Source of the DNA: Nageia nagi
Taxonomy: Eukaryota > Plantae > Pinophyta
Length of the DNA stretch: 64,000 nucleotides
Direction: 5' to 3'
Assembly: GCA_050084985.1 (NCBI GenBank)
Contig: JBITNC010000001.1
Location: 139,004,001 to 139,068,000 of the forward strand
Below the pieces are notes generated by a model that had not been told where the DNA came from, did no database searches, and was given only the letters and a program-made list of their open reading frames with translations. A program made the translations under genes and the position numbers. Below, piece after piece: positions 48,811-61,284 of the stretch. The first letter of the stretch is position 1. Each line of letters starts with the position of its first letter.

Positions 48811-51800
48811 AGAGGTATGGAAAAGGGGTCTATTAAATACCTCTTCAAAATAAAACAATATTTGTTTATGGTAAAGCTTAAAGTAGACTTTCTTGGTTCA
48901 TTTCATCCTTTTAAAATCAACAAAATGCAAAGTATGTACCAACACATGACCCAATGACTATTTTATTTCAAGTAGTATGTTAAAAAGAATTAGTTCACAT
49001 GAACTTACAAGATCATAAGTATTAATTAATCTATTTTGTCTAATATTTTCTTTAAATACTTGCATTCATGTATGGACAAGTTGTACAAACATTCACATGC
49101 ATATATGTCAAAAAATTACAAATAATAAACCATTAATAATAAATAACCCCAATAATATTATCAAAACTCTTAAATAAGCATTTCCTCCTTCAAATACACT
49201 CTAAAATTTATCAAATAGAATTCAAAACTTGGATAAGCATTTTAGCATAAAATACCGAAAAGTATGGAGATGATTCCTCTATTATTTTTTGTAAAATACC
49301 AAGGTATCCTTTTAAATACCATAATATACCAAAATAGTTTCCATCCCTATTTTTTTTGTTTTTACCAAACCCCTTGGATTTTATTATTTGTAAAAACTAA
49401 AATGCTTTTGCTAAAAATTGAAATTTAAATATTTGGAAAATTCTTTCTAACTTCAAACATAGTCAAGCAATTTAGGGATGCATATCAAAGTGTTGGCACA
49501 CAAGTTTACCTATGAACACCACTCATCCTACAATATAATGTTATTAGTGAACACACAAGAATTATACTCATCACAGGGATCAAATATGATACAAAATAAT
49601 TATGATATGTATTTATATGATTTAGGAAGATCCCTATGGACTATAAATGAATCAATAGCAATCATTATCTCACTCTTACTAATCTATTCATGTCACTAAC
49701 TCATTTCAATTTCTTTGAATCTCCAACCTAATTCTCACATTAAGTCCACCCATAACCTATGTCATAACAATCTCAAAGCCAACATAAATTTGACACAAAT
49801 ATTGCATGTTATTCATCTCATGATCTCATTCACATTCAAATCTTTTGAAGGTAGTCAAGACATAATGAAATAGGATGGACCATTACAAAAGTTTTGAAAG
49901 CATTCCAAATTTGTAGGTGCAATGAGGTCATTACATATTCCCCCCTTAGTAACAACATAGTCCTCTATGTTTCTTTCATCAAATTACTTAAAAATCGATA
50001 TCATATAATACTATAGTGAATCAAATTCTTTAATCAGATTCAATATTATCAAGGGACATTAAGATGATCCAACTTGAGCCTATGTCAATGACCAGTTGAC
50101 CCTCAAGTGGGTTAGGTTGATCAACTATCAAAATTGGTCAACCCTTTCTTTTCTAATGTTCACAAACATAATCCTTCTTGGATTAGGTCAAACAAATTAA
50201 TTTGATACCACCATTGCTATCTGCTAACCAATAAGCTACAAGAGCCCATTTGACTATAATATTAGGTTTTATTTTACCTTAGGGCCTATATCATCCAAAA
50301 TGGTACTAATCCAAAACATATGAGTTTATCAACCAAAAAAATGTGAGTAGAGTACATCATCTCTGAAATAACCATCCTTTCTAGTTACTAATACATGGTA
50401 AATAAAAGATTGTAGCCTATATCCTCACTTGATATAGTGTAGATATATCAGTTACTACCCTTTCTCTTGAGGTAAAATGACCAACTTTACCATATCTATT
50501 GGTTAGTATCCCTAATGGTTTGATATCTTGTTCCCATATCTTAGGAACTCAAATGTCTTCAGGAATAACAACTTCCACATCATAGTATTTTATTTAAAAT
50601 TTTCAACATAAAATCATCATTTTTTATCAACTTCATTATCAATAAACATAAAAAATGTATGAATTAGTCATAAAAGTTGTGCCTACTCTATCAATCATAA
50701 TTGATCCTCACCCAATATTTCAAAATGTAAAGGTTATCAATAGATAGTTTTTCATTCTTAGCCATGAAATCATCATATTTTAGAAGTTTATTAATATCCA
50801 TCTCACCCTTGTATATGTGAGGTTTAATCAATATCATAGTTAAGTGCTATATTTTTTCTCTAATAGGCATAAAATTGGATCAATAACTATTTAAAATATT
50901 GATTCATACCCTTTTATCATAGTACATAGATTTGAATCAAAGAATATCATTAGTAATACTTCCATAAAGAGTTCTCTTTTAAAGAAAAATATTTACTAGC
51001 AATAAATGTTAATTGTAACATCACATCTTTATTATTATTTAAATATTTTAACAATGTATTCATCATTAAGGGATTAATCCCTATTTGTGGTTAGCATTAG
51101 AATTTTGATGTTACCCAAACTTCTATCATTAGGATTTATCAGCATATTATAGAATAAGTTTATCCAAAATTGAGCTACAAGTTTTTTGTACTCTCAAGTT
51201 TTCTCTTTCCAAAACCTAATCTCCCTAAAGGAAGTGTTAATACTTATTAATTATTTTTATTGAATAATTTGAACTTGTTCTTGAAGTTTATTTTCTCATA
51301 AAATAGGCCTTTCATTTTCTATTGCTAATTGATTTTGCTCTATGATTAATATGATATTTTCTTGATTCAAAGTATCTATTTGAATCCTAAGAGATTCTCT
51401 TTGTTCTCCTTAAATAATTAATTATTGGCATAAGAAAGCATTTTCTATGTCAACTGATATTTTACTTGTTAAGATTTCTTAGTAACACATTCTTATAAAA
51501 TTTTCACTTGTATGCAGTACTATTAGAATCACTTTATTTATTATTATCTTTCTTGCTAAAATTTTACATCTCAAACTAGAAAGGCAAATAACCATTAACT
51601 TTTATGACTTTTTTTGTTTTCACACATCCTTAATCATATTTGAAATTATGAAAATAAATATTCAAAAGTAGTATTAATCAAAAGTTAATCATTTATTTAG
51701 ATCAATTAATAGTTATGTAAAATAGGGGATTTCTCCCATTTAGCTCTCCATTTAAGGTCCATCTTCCTTATCATCCTTATCATCGAGTCATTTTGATGAA

Positions 51801-52017
51801 TCCAAAGAGACCCTGATACCATGTTGAAGTAACAATTTTTAATACCTTTGATATTGTATCTTCCATTTTTCTATTTTATATAAGGAGGCACTAAGGTGTG
51901 TGAATTCCTACTATTGCATACTTTGTATTTGTTTGATCAAGTTTTGCTCCTATTCTATGAGCTTAATCATCAACCTATATCACTCTAAAGATATGAAATT
52001 CCAAATTCTTTCACATT

Positions 52018-54385
52018 TGTTATGATCCTAATGGACCATAAATAGATTATGGCTTACTCCTACAAAAATACACTTATTCTACACTAAAGAATCACTTGCA
52101 CCGCTTCAATAAGGCATCTCCTTGAGAATCACTTATCACATAAAACTTAATTCATTCTTCTTTTTTTAATAATAGGGAAACCCCCTATAAATAGATTTTA
52201 CAATATAAGTAACCCAATGCATATTACATATGGTATTAAATAGAAATACTATTCCTAATACATATTATGGGGTCATAACATTGCCACCCCCTTAAGGAAG
52301 CTTTATCCTTAAAGCTTATACACACCATACACACTAAAAAAATGTAATACACACCACACACCTAATATACTAAGGTGATTCATAACATTCTTACCCCCTT
52401 CAATAAGCTTTGTCTTCAAAACTTGTCAAAAATGCAAAGTACATATATAATCTATCCATGAATAACAAAGATAAGAGGGAACTAAGGAGTCCAACTTGGC
52501 CATAGTAGCCAATAGTGTGCCAAATTTGAACATGAGCCCATCCATGTATCAAAACTCCACTCCAATTGAGGATGATGTTGATTTTGAGGAGGAAACAAAA
52601 AGAAGGATCTAGAAGAATCCATAAAGAAGCCACCATGATGTTCTTATTGTTGCACTAAATAGTCCTGTAATGGGTGCTTAAAGGAAATATGCAACCCAAG
52701 ATCATCCATAGTAATGCAAGAGAAGTTTCCTTACATTCTACAACCTAGTCTAAGGAAATCAAAAGCATGCAAGACACATCATCGATATGGATACAAGATG
52801 GAGGAAGGGCCTCATACTCCTTAATGGGGTCCACTAGCTCCACACCATCTATACTAAGATAAATGAGAGGAATTTCCTCACACTCTACAATAGGTTCCAC
52901 TAGTGCCACATCATCCGTATTGATATAAGTGAAAGGAAGGTCCTCACACTTTGCAACAAGGTCCACTAGATCCACATAGATGTCATCATGAATCATAATA
53001 GGTTGTGGATATGCAAGTATAGCCTCTACTAACTTGGCCAGTGAATATGCATCTCTCAAAGTTGGTGGATTAAACATGAATACATTATTTTTGACTTCTA
53101 CCCTTAAACCATTAGTGAATAAATGAAGGGATAATTTCTCATCCACAACATAGTCATCACAAAAATCCTCAAAACCATCAATATAATGAATCATAGAATT
53201 AGTATAAAATGGTAGAGCAATAGTATCCATCATCATCTTTTTTTTTTCTCTCTTTTTTATCCTTTTTTTTTAACTAATATAAATATCCTAAATTAGTGTG
53301 TCCAATAGGTCTTGTTCACAACCTAAAAAAAAAAACTTTTTACAAAAAACTAAAAAAAGTTGTAATATCAAGAAACCTTATTAATGCCATAACTTTTTCT
53401 ATAGGTATCTTATTGATGCCAGTGATACACAGTTAGAAATATCTTGATGAGGGCATGCAAAACAACTAGTTATATGACCCCCTTTGGACCAATAATGAAC
53501 TCCCAAAAGCCAAAATACACATCCTTGCAAAAATTAAATATGAAACTCCATAAAATGAAATGATGACATTATAGCTCTAATCCTTCCAATCTTTGATTAA
53601 ACCATCTAACATGCAATTTATCCCTAATACTAGATGATTTTGGTGTGAAAACCCCAAAAACTTGTAAGCCCTTATTTAATCTTGCAAAAACTTACACATT
53701 TTGGATCTCACCCCTTATTATCTAGACAACCAAATTTGTAGATGTTAGGGTTTCTTTCTACCTTGCCCCTCTTGCACCACTTTTCTTCCAAGGCCTTACT
53801 CTTGCACCTTACAAACTAGATCCAACCACACTTACCACTTTCTTCATGGGATCTACCTCCAAACATCCATGCACAACCTTAAATTCTCTTGGGACATCTT
53901 TTGCTAGCAAAATTGTTGCACATGCATTCTCTGATTGGATCTACTTTCACTCATAAGATTCTACTCTAGATCTCCTATAAATCTACCAAAAAGATAAAAT
54001 GGGCTTGCACTGCACAAATCTACCCATTAAACTCAAAATCACTCAAAACTCCAAAACCACTCAACACACAAAATTGCTCACAAAACTACCCATAAGAGCC
54101 AAAATTGAAGCTCTGATACCATATGTTATGATCCTAATGGATTGTAAATAGATTATGGCTTACTCCTACAAAAATACACTAATTCTACACTAAAGAATCA
54201 CTTACACTGCTTCGAGGAGGCACCTCCTTGAGAATCACTTCTCACATAAAACTCATTTCATTCTTCTTTTTTAATAATAGGGAAATGCCCTATAAATAGC
54301 TTTTACAACATAAGTAACCCAATGCATAGTACATATGGGATTAAACATAAATACTATTCTTAATACATATTACGGGGTCATAACA
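52018..54385 (-). mobile_element. Complete 2368-bp non-autonomous LTR element (TR-GAG/TRIM-like), TSD ACATT
   Basis: LTRs 52018-52280 and 54124-54385 (TGTTATGA..TCATAACA, ~9% different by manual count), PBS gctctgatacca at 54110-54121, PPT at 52281-52293, TSD at 52013-52017 and 54386-54390. Confidence 0.96.
52745..53236 (-). CDS. 163-aa ORF: gag C-terminal fragment fused to acidic 22-aa repeats
   Basis: LFTNGLRVEVKNNV.MFNPPTLRDAYSLAKLVE is a chromovirus-like gag motif, followed by three D..LV.PI.ECE.LP..YI..D repeats. Confidence 0.65.
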   Translation of the reverse strand: MMMDTIALPFYTNSMIHYIDGFEDFCDDYVVDEKLSLHLFTNGLRVEVKNNVFMFNPPTLRDAYSLAKLVEAILAYPQPIMIHDDIYVDLVDLVAKCEDLPFTYINTDDVALVEPIVECEEIPLIYLSIDGVELVDPIKEYEALPPSCIHIDDVSCMLLISLD

Positions 54386-56885
54386 ACATTCTTCTCTTTC
54401 TCTTTGAATATTCCCTATTAGTTCTTTTATATTCTTTAATTTTTATCATAAAAACTCATTCTTCATGATAGCTTGCATCTTTTCCATTATTCATTATTAG
54501 TTATTTGACATGATTTTATATAAGTGACATAATACTAATAAGTTTAACTAATTAGGTATGACATGGTACCATATGCATAAACATAAATTGCAATATCATA
54601 CTGGGCCTTTTATAGCCATAGTATTCATTAATAATATCTTTAGTATCTTATTAGATGCTTCTTCAATTGTACAAATACTATCTCGCCATAATTTCCTTCT
54701 AGATATTTTAATGTTAGTGTCTTTTATTCCACTTTTAAGAATACTTTCATACACCTCCTTGCAATTATTATATATCTTTATCTAAATAGGTAATAAGTTT
54801 ATAGGTAGAGTTTCTACTCTACCAACATGTTTTGCTAGTAAAGCATGGTGATTCATAGAAGGAATCTGCTTGTAGTACATCTCACCTCTCTTTTTGATGG
54901 AATACATGAAAATATTATCTATCTTAGGGTACACACTTTCTTGTCACACCATTCATTAGAGGCAATGGATTTTTTTCTTCATTAGGATTTAGCTATTATT
55001 TCTCTATACCCTATAAATAATTTTGATTATTGTGTTATCACTCAACTTGAAATTGATTAGCATTTACACTTCTTTATTCAGTTATTTTCCTATCCTAATT
55101 TAACTTGGAAAGTTATTGTTCATATCCCCTATAATGCACTCTTTCCCTCCTCTATTTTACCAAAAAGAAAAGTTTAGGACCTCTTGGTATCTTGTGGATG
55201 CTTTAGTAGCAATGTCTACCTTGGGAGACTACCTACTCCATAATTTTTGGGAAACATGGAAATTGGATTCTTTCCCATATATTTTCTTCATTTTATCACT
55301 TTCAACCTATATCTCAAAATATGATAGCTTTTATTTTATATCCTCCTACATATAGTACATTCAATCAGGCTTTATAGTCCCTTGATATTGATTTATCCAT
55401 TAATAAATTTTATTATGTGAACTCAAAGTTAATTGACCAAGATGACTATTCATCGAGTTTATCAATGGAATCTAAAATTTTGATCAATAATGATATAATC
55501 AAAATAATCCCTCATTTGGTATGAAATCCTAATCTTTTATAAGCTATCCACTTGGCTTATTAGTAGAACTTTTTATTCACTTTATAAATAAAGTAACAAA
55601 AATATTTATAATCCATAAGATTTCAATTATATTCATAAAATAGAGCTAGTACATAAAAGGTGATCATTACATTATAAAAGGATTTAATTTTATTTTATAC
55701 ATATAGAAATACTTCCCTTCCATTTATTCTTAATTACTAGCTAGATTTTCTACCTCATTGAGCATTTCTTCAGTTTCTTCATTTGATATTGATATCTTGT
55801 TGTTCATTTCATGAAGATATTCAATGATATTTGAAGTGATGGTAGACACATTCCTACCTTAAAAGAGAGGAAAATCCCTTTTTAGACTTGCTTTGTTGAG
55901 TATCTCATTATTTTCTTTAGCTTGAGTGGTTAATTCTTGTGGATTTTTCTTCCCTTTTTTCTTTTTATAGATGTAGGAAATTTTGAAGGGTTATATCATC
56001 TTCCAAATCTACAATGTTGTTAGTGACATTCTCTTTTGACTTCTATTGTTATTTCTTTCATTTTCATGATTTATTTCTTCCTACCATACTATAGTACACA
56101 AAACACACATTTAAGATATATTCTAAATCTCTAATTTATATTGCCATACTCAAAACTAAATGATAATTTTATTAAAATCATCTTTCATTATAGAACATAA
56201 TAAAGCATTTACTTGGTTCTAATCCATTATATATTCTATCCCTTTGATGAAATGTATTTCTTTCACTTATACATTAGCACCCATGGATTTCAATCTTTGT
56301 ATCACCATCCATAAATTCATTTCATGATTGTGCCTAATAGTAGGTGGTTGTGTGATCTAAATTGGATTTTCTTCTATAGGAAGGAAAATTGTATTTTTAA
56401 AATATATAATTTCTTCAAGTACACTTTCTCCATTTGAATCATCATGGAGAGTTCTTATTTCACTTATAATGTATTCCCCAAAGACAACTTCTTCTACAAA
56501 TCTATTTTGTACAACTAGGAGTCTTGAATCTTGATTTATCTTAGCTAGATATTCATTTCTCTTAGAGATCTAGTTTCTATTTTATTATATTAAAGAAAGA
56601 TTTCTCTCTCTGGATCTATTAGATAGTTCCTAGGATATGATCCTTTGCAATTTAGTTGTATCCCTATTATGCCTTCTAGTATCATTTATTGAAGGATACC
56701 ATAATCCATAGAATGAAATTTCATCTTCAATATTAGATAGGATATCAAATTCAGTAGGCAACCAAGTCAAACCAACCCATCTCAATGTTTCTAGAATTTC
56801 CTATGAAACAAGATAGAATAAGTTAAGACTATTTATTATTCACCACTTTACCTTAGTTCATAATCGACATTTACTTTGATACTAA

Positions 56886-59800
56886 TGTAATGTTGCCCCA
56901 CTATACTAAACCCCTAAATTTAAGACCCTTTTTTTATAATTAACTCATATGTGAGGTTTATTATTGATGAAACATATATCCCACATTGATGATACCTTTT
57001 TGTTTCTCATACTATATCTAAATATCACCATCCCTAGTTAAGTACTAGGGCATGATCACCATGCAAGCCTACCTTACTTGCATGTGGTTGCCCATGAAGA
57101 TTGTGCTCTAGTTTTATTAAGTAGCATCTTCCTTCATATTAGTACATCCTTTCAAATATCAAGTGCTATAATCTTGACAAGGTTTGATAACTCATTAATT
57201 TTCCCAATCTATTCATTTCATGATTGCTATTGAATCCCATATTACTTAAACTTATTTATTTATTTAGCCTTCTATAATTCCTTCAATAGATATATTAAAA
57301 ATGTCCTGCATCCTATTATCTTCTACAAAGGATTGACTAAATTTCTTTTTCATGTCAATGTCCTAGGTTCATATTTAAGCCTTGTTCTTAAAATAAGTCT
57401 TTTATTATCCCTTAATTCTTCACTTTGAATTGTTTATTTTTTATTTTTATAAATTTACCCTTAGATTTGTTGTCTATTCATGGGAGAAAACTTAACTGCT
57501 TCCTATCTCTCCAATAGAGAGCTAATGGTAAATAAATACTTAAACCCTAACAATTCTCTTAAGTGTGAGTTATATACTTCAACATATTTTCTACATGTCA
57601 TATTAAGGATATATGTCTATATATTTTAACACAATGCATTATTTCTAAGGTCTAGTGAATATTATCTAGGATAATTGATCTATAACAATAATGAGTATGT
57701 TATGATTCTTGTATCATAGTTTTGTACAAGAATATAAACATGGGATTAATGTAACTTGTCATGGACATGTTGGCTACTTAACTTGGTACCCTTTTTTGGT
57801 ACTTTAGATTTAATTCTCTTATATCCTAACTTACATCTTGAGTATATAAAAATAATGGATCTTAAAGTGATTTATTATTTCTTACATACAATACATCAAT
57901 TGTGTAGTTTACATCAAAGGAGTGATATTGTATGGAATGTATTCATCTTCATCCAATGTATATTCATGCCATATTTATTTCACAATCATCCCAAGGATCC
58001 AAGAGTGAGTGGTTGTAAGTAGTAGGCAATGTTTTAGAGCATTTGAGGATTAGGAAAGATCTTCTTATTACCATAATGTATCCTACCCTAAATGCACCAT
58101 ATCTCACACATTTGTTTAATCATTTTCATGCAAGGGTATGGTCACTAATTAGGTTATACCCTATTTGTGATATTGGGAGGTTTTATGCTTTCTTTAAATC
58201 TATCTTCTTTCCTTTATCATAGAGTAAGATTCATTCCACTTGAGATACTTCAAAGGAAAAAACTAACATTCAAAATATGTGTATCCTCAATTAAATATCT
58301 ATTATTACAAAAACTCTACATTTATTATAAAAATAATTGATTAATTCTAAAAGTAAAATAAATACAATACTCAAAGCTAAACTTCATAACTTTGTGAGTG
58401 CAAGAAAGATAAATATACAAATTATCTCACTCAAGGCCAAATTAAACTTTATAAACATTAAAGGTTCTAATTAACCTTTTATAATTTAGGCTTTCAATTT
58501 TAATTATTCCTTTACATAATTTTATACACCATAGACATAATTACTTATGAATTGTTTAGATAATCTACATTAATAATACTTCCCAAGATTTAGTGGGCCA
58601 TATCACTATTACTAACTTGGTCAAGATATTAGGGAGGGTTTCCTTTTCACCACCAAGTATTGTTGGATAAGTCTAAACTCAATTTCATTTACACCTATTT
58701 TAGATGCTAGAAGAGCTTGCAAACTATTTGACAAAATACCTCATCAAAATATCATCTCACATACCGTAATGGCAACCCAAATTGGACATGTTATTGGGGC
58801 CTATGAATTGTTTGACCAAATGACTCATTGTAATGTAGTCTTGTGGGCACATTGAATGCATGATATGAGTAAAATAGATACATTGTAAATGCCTATGAAT
58901 TGTTTGACAAATTGCCTCATTGAAATGCTATCTAAAGGGTGTAATGATCCACATGTGTGCATAGAATGGATACATTTTAAAGTCATATGAATTTTTTGAT
59001 AAATTGCCTCATCTATTATTATCTAAAGTGAACAATGATCAACATATATGCACATAATTGATATGCTAGAAGAACCAATGAATGGTTTGGGAAAATGACT
59101 CATCAAAATGTGGTCTTATGGGTGCAATGAATGTAATATATACACATAATGGATACATTATAACTATTTAACAAAATACCTCATCAAAAAGTAATTTCTT
59201 AGGTGCAATGGACACAAGAAAATATATAGAACAAATACTTTGTAAGGGCCTACGAATTGTTAGAAAAAATATCTCATTGATGTGTAGTTTCATGGGTGCA
59301 ATGGATGCAAGATATGAACATAATGGATATGTTATAATTGTTTAATGAAATTCCTCATTGAAATGCAATTTCTTGGGCACAATGGATACAAGATTTGTAA
59401 GGGCTTATGATTTCTTAGAAATAATACCCCAACAACTCATAATATAATGAACATATGAAATGCATAAAATTGATACATTGTAAGGGTTTTTGAATTATTA
59501 GAGAAAATGCCTCATCAAAATGTAATCTCATTTGTGAAATGACCATAGGATAGGCATAAAATGGATGCATGTAATGGTCTATAAATATTGTTATGAAATA
59601 ATTCTTTGAATATAGTCTTATGGATCATGATCATCATATATGTACATATGTAAAAGAATATGTAGGAAACAAAATACCTTATTGAACTACTGCTTCATGG
59701 ACCATAAATAAGCTCAAATGGATAGAAATATAAGGGTTTGTGAAAATGTTTATTCAAGGCAAATGATATGCATAAAATAATTACTTTATAAAAGCCAAAG

Positions 59801-61190
59801 TATTGTTTGGAAATATAATTCATCAAAATGTAGCCTCAAGGACCTGAATAATCCTAGGATATACATAATAGGGGTACAAAATATGGGTCTATTAAACACC
59901 TTTTCAAAATAAAATAATATTTTACCATGATAAAGCTCAAATGAGACTTTCTTGGTTCATGTCATCCTTTGAAAATAAACAAAATGCAAATTAGGTACCA
60001 ACACATGATACAATGATCATTTTATTTCAAGTACTATGTTAAAAATAATTGGTTCACATGAACTCACAAGACCATGAAATTTCTTTAATCTAATTTATCT
60101 TATATTTTCTTTAAATACTTGCATTCATGTATGGACAAGGTGTAAAAACATTCACATGCATAGGTATCAAATAATTACAAATAATAAAATATTAATAACA
60201 AATAACCCCATTAATATTATCACAAGCTCTTAAACAAGCATTTCCTCCTTCAAATATACTCAAAAATTTATCAAATAAAATTCAAAACTTAGCTAAGCAT
60301 TTTATCACTAGTATCTAAAATGCTAAACAAAAGAACTTGGACTTGAGAAGAAGAATATTCTTTCCATGCATCCCATAATAATCATTCACCTAGGTATTTA
60401 TAATCAAACTTTTTTATAGTCCTTCAAAAATTGTAACTATTTATGCACTCCACATATTTTTGTTCATGAACAGTAGGGGTTTCATTATGATATGGAAGGA
60501 TTTTTATAATTTTGTTTGCATGTCTTATATCCTACAAAATAATTTACACACCTCACATTAGGCATCAAAGTGTATGGAAAAGTTTCATCAATAATTTTCA
60601 TACCTAACATAAAAGACCAAAATAGCCTTTCAACTACCACAAAATACCAAAATAGTTTCCATCCCAATTTTTTTTTTTTTTTCACCCAACCCCTAGGATA
60701 TTAGTGTTTGTAATAACTAAAATTATTTTGGTAAATTTCAAATTTAAATATTTGGAATATTCTTTCCAACTTCAAACATAGTCAAGCAATTCAGGCATGT
60801 AATCAAATGTTTGGTAGATAAGATTACCAATGGAGAATGCTCATCCTACAAGGTAATTTAATTAGTGCATAATAATGCTTTATCCTCATAACAAGGATTA
60901 AATATCATGCATAATAATTATGATACACAAATATATGATTTACAAAGGTCTCTATGGACTGCTAGTGAATCAATGCTAATGATTTTCTCACTCTTACAAA
61001 TCTACTCTCCTAACCAACTCATCTTGGTTCCCTAGAATCTCCCATTTGATTCTCATATTAAGTCAACCTATAACCTATGTCATAATATTCCTAAAGCCAA
61101 CATCAATTTAACATAAATATTGCATATTAATCATCTCATGGTCTCATTCACATTTAAGTTTTTCAAAGGTACTTGATTCATAATGAAATT
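56886..61190 (-). repeat. 5' LTR of Tekay-like element (last ~65 bp missing; ~290-bp extra segment near 60305-60590)
   Basis: Colinear with 45723-49870; preceded by the decayed PBS actttgatacta. Confidence 0.9.
58712..59870 (+). pseudogene. Decayed tandem S-type PPR motifs within the LTR (sister copy)
   Basis: RACKLFDKIPHQNIISHTVMATQIGHVIGAYELFDQMTHCNVVLW..NAYELFDKLPH. Confidence 0.85.
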
Positions 61191-61284
61191 TTAAATATCA
61201 CAAAAATTCATTGAGGTGTTTTCAAATGTCATAAAATTTCATCCAAGTGTTTTTGGATATATGTAGCTTAACTGGTCCACATTT

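Larger units (their letters stand above)
45723..49935 (-). repeat. 3' LTR, 4213 bp, containing PPR repeats and an (AT)n expansion
   Basis: 7-bp terminal inverted repeat; direct repeat of 56886-61190; abuts pyrimidine tract tattcccccctt. Confidence 0.9.
49950..56810 (-). pseudogene. Extremely diverged internal region (upstream ORF, gag-, PR-, RT/RH- and INT-like ghosts)
   Basis: FPLF*GRN (gag-like), KLLLQHGIRVS..KEDG and GYFAFLV (RT-like), IGP..LVAYWLA (integrase GPF-like). No YxDD visible. Confidence 0.5.
45723..61190 (-). mobile_element. Tekay/Del-like chromovirus derivative with ~4.2 kb LTRs, non-autonomous, 5' LTR slightly truncated
   Basis: Left LTR TGTAATG...CATTACA (45723-49935), PPT at 49936-49947, decayed tRNA-iMet PBS at 56873-56884, right LTR from 56886. 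Confidence 0.85.

Noticed and set aside
51810-51830. PBS-like ccctgatacca followed by TG, suggesting another nested LTR
   Set aside because: No partner LTR, TSD or PPT. The sequence lies inside the RT-like ghost frame (QHGIRVS).
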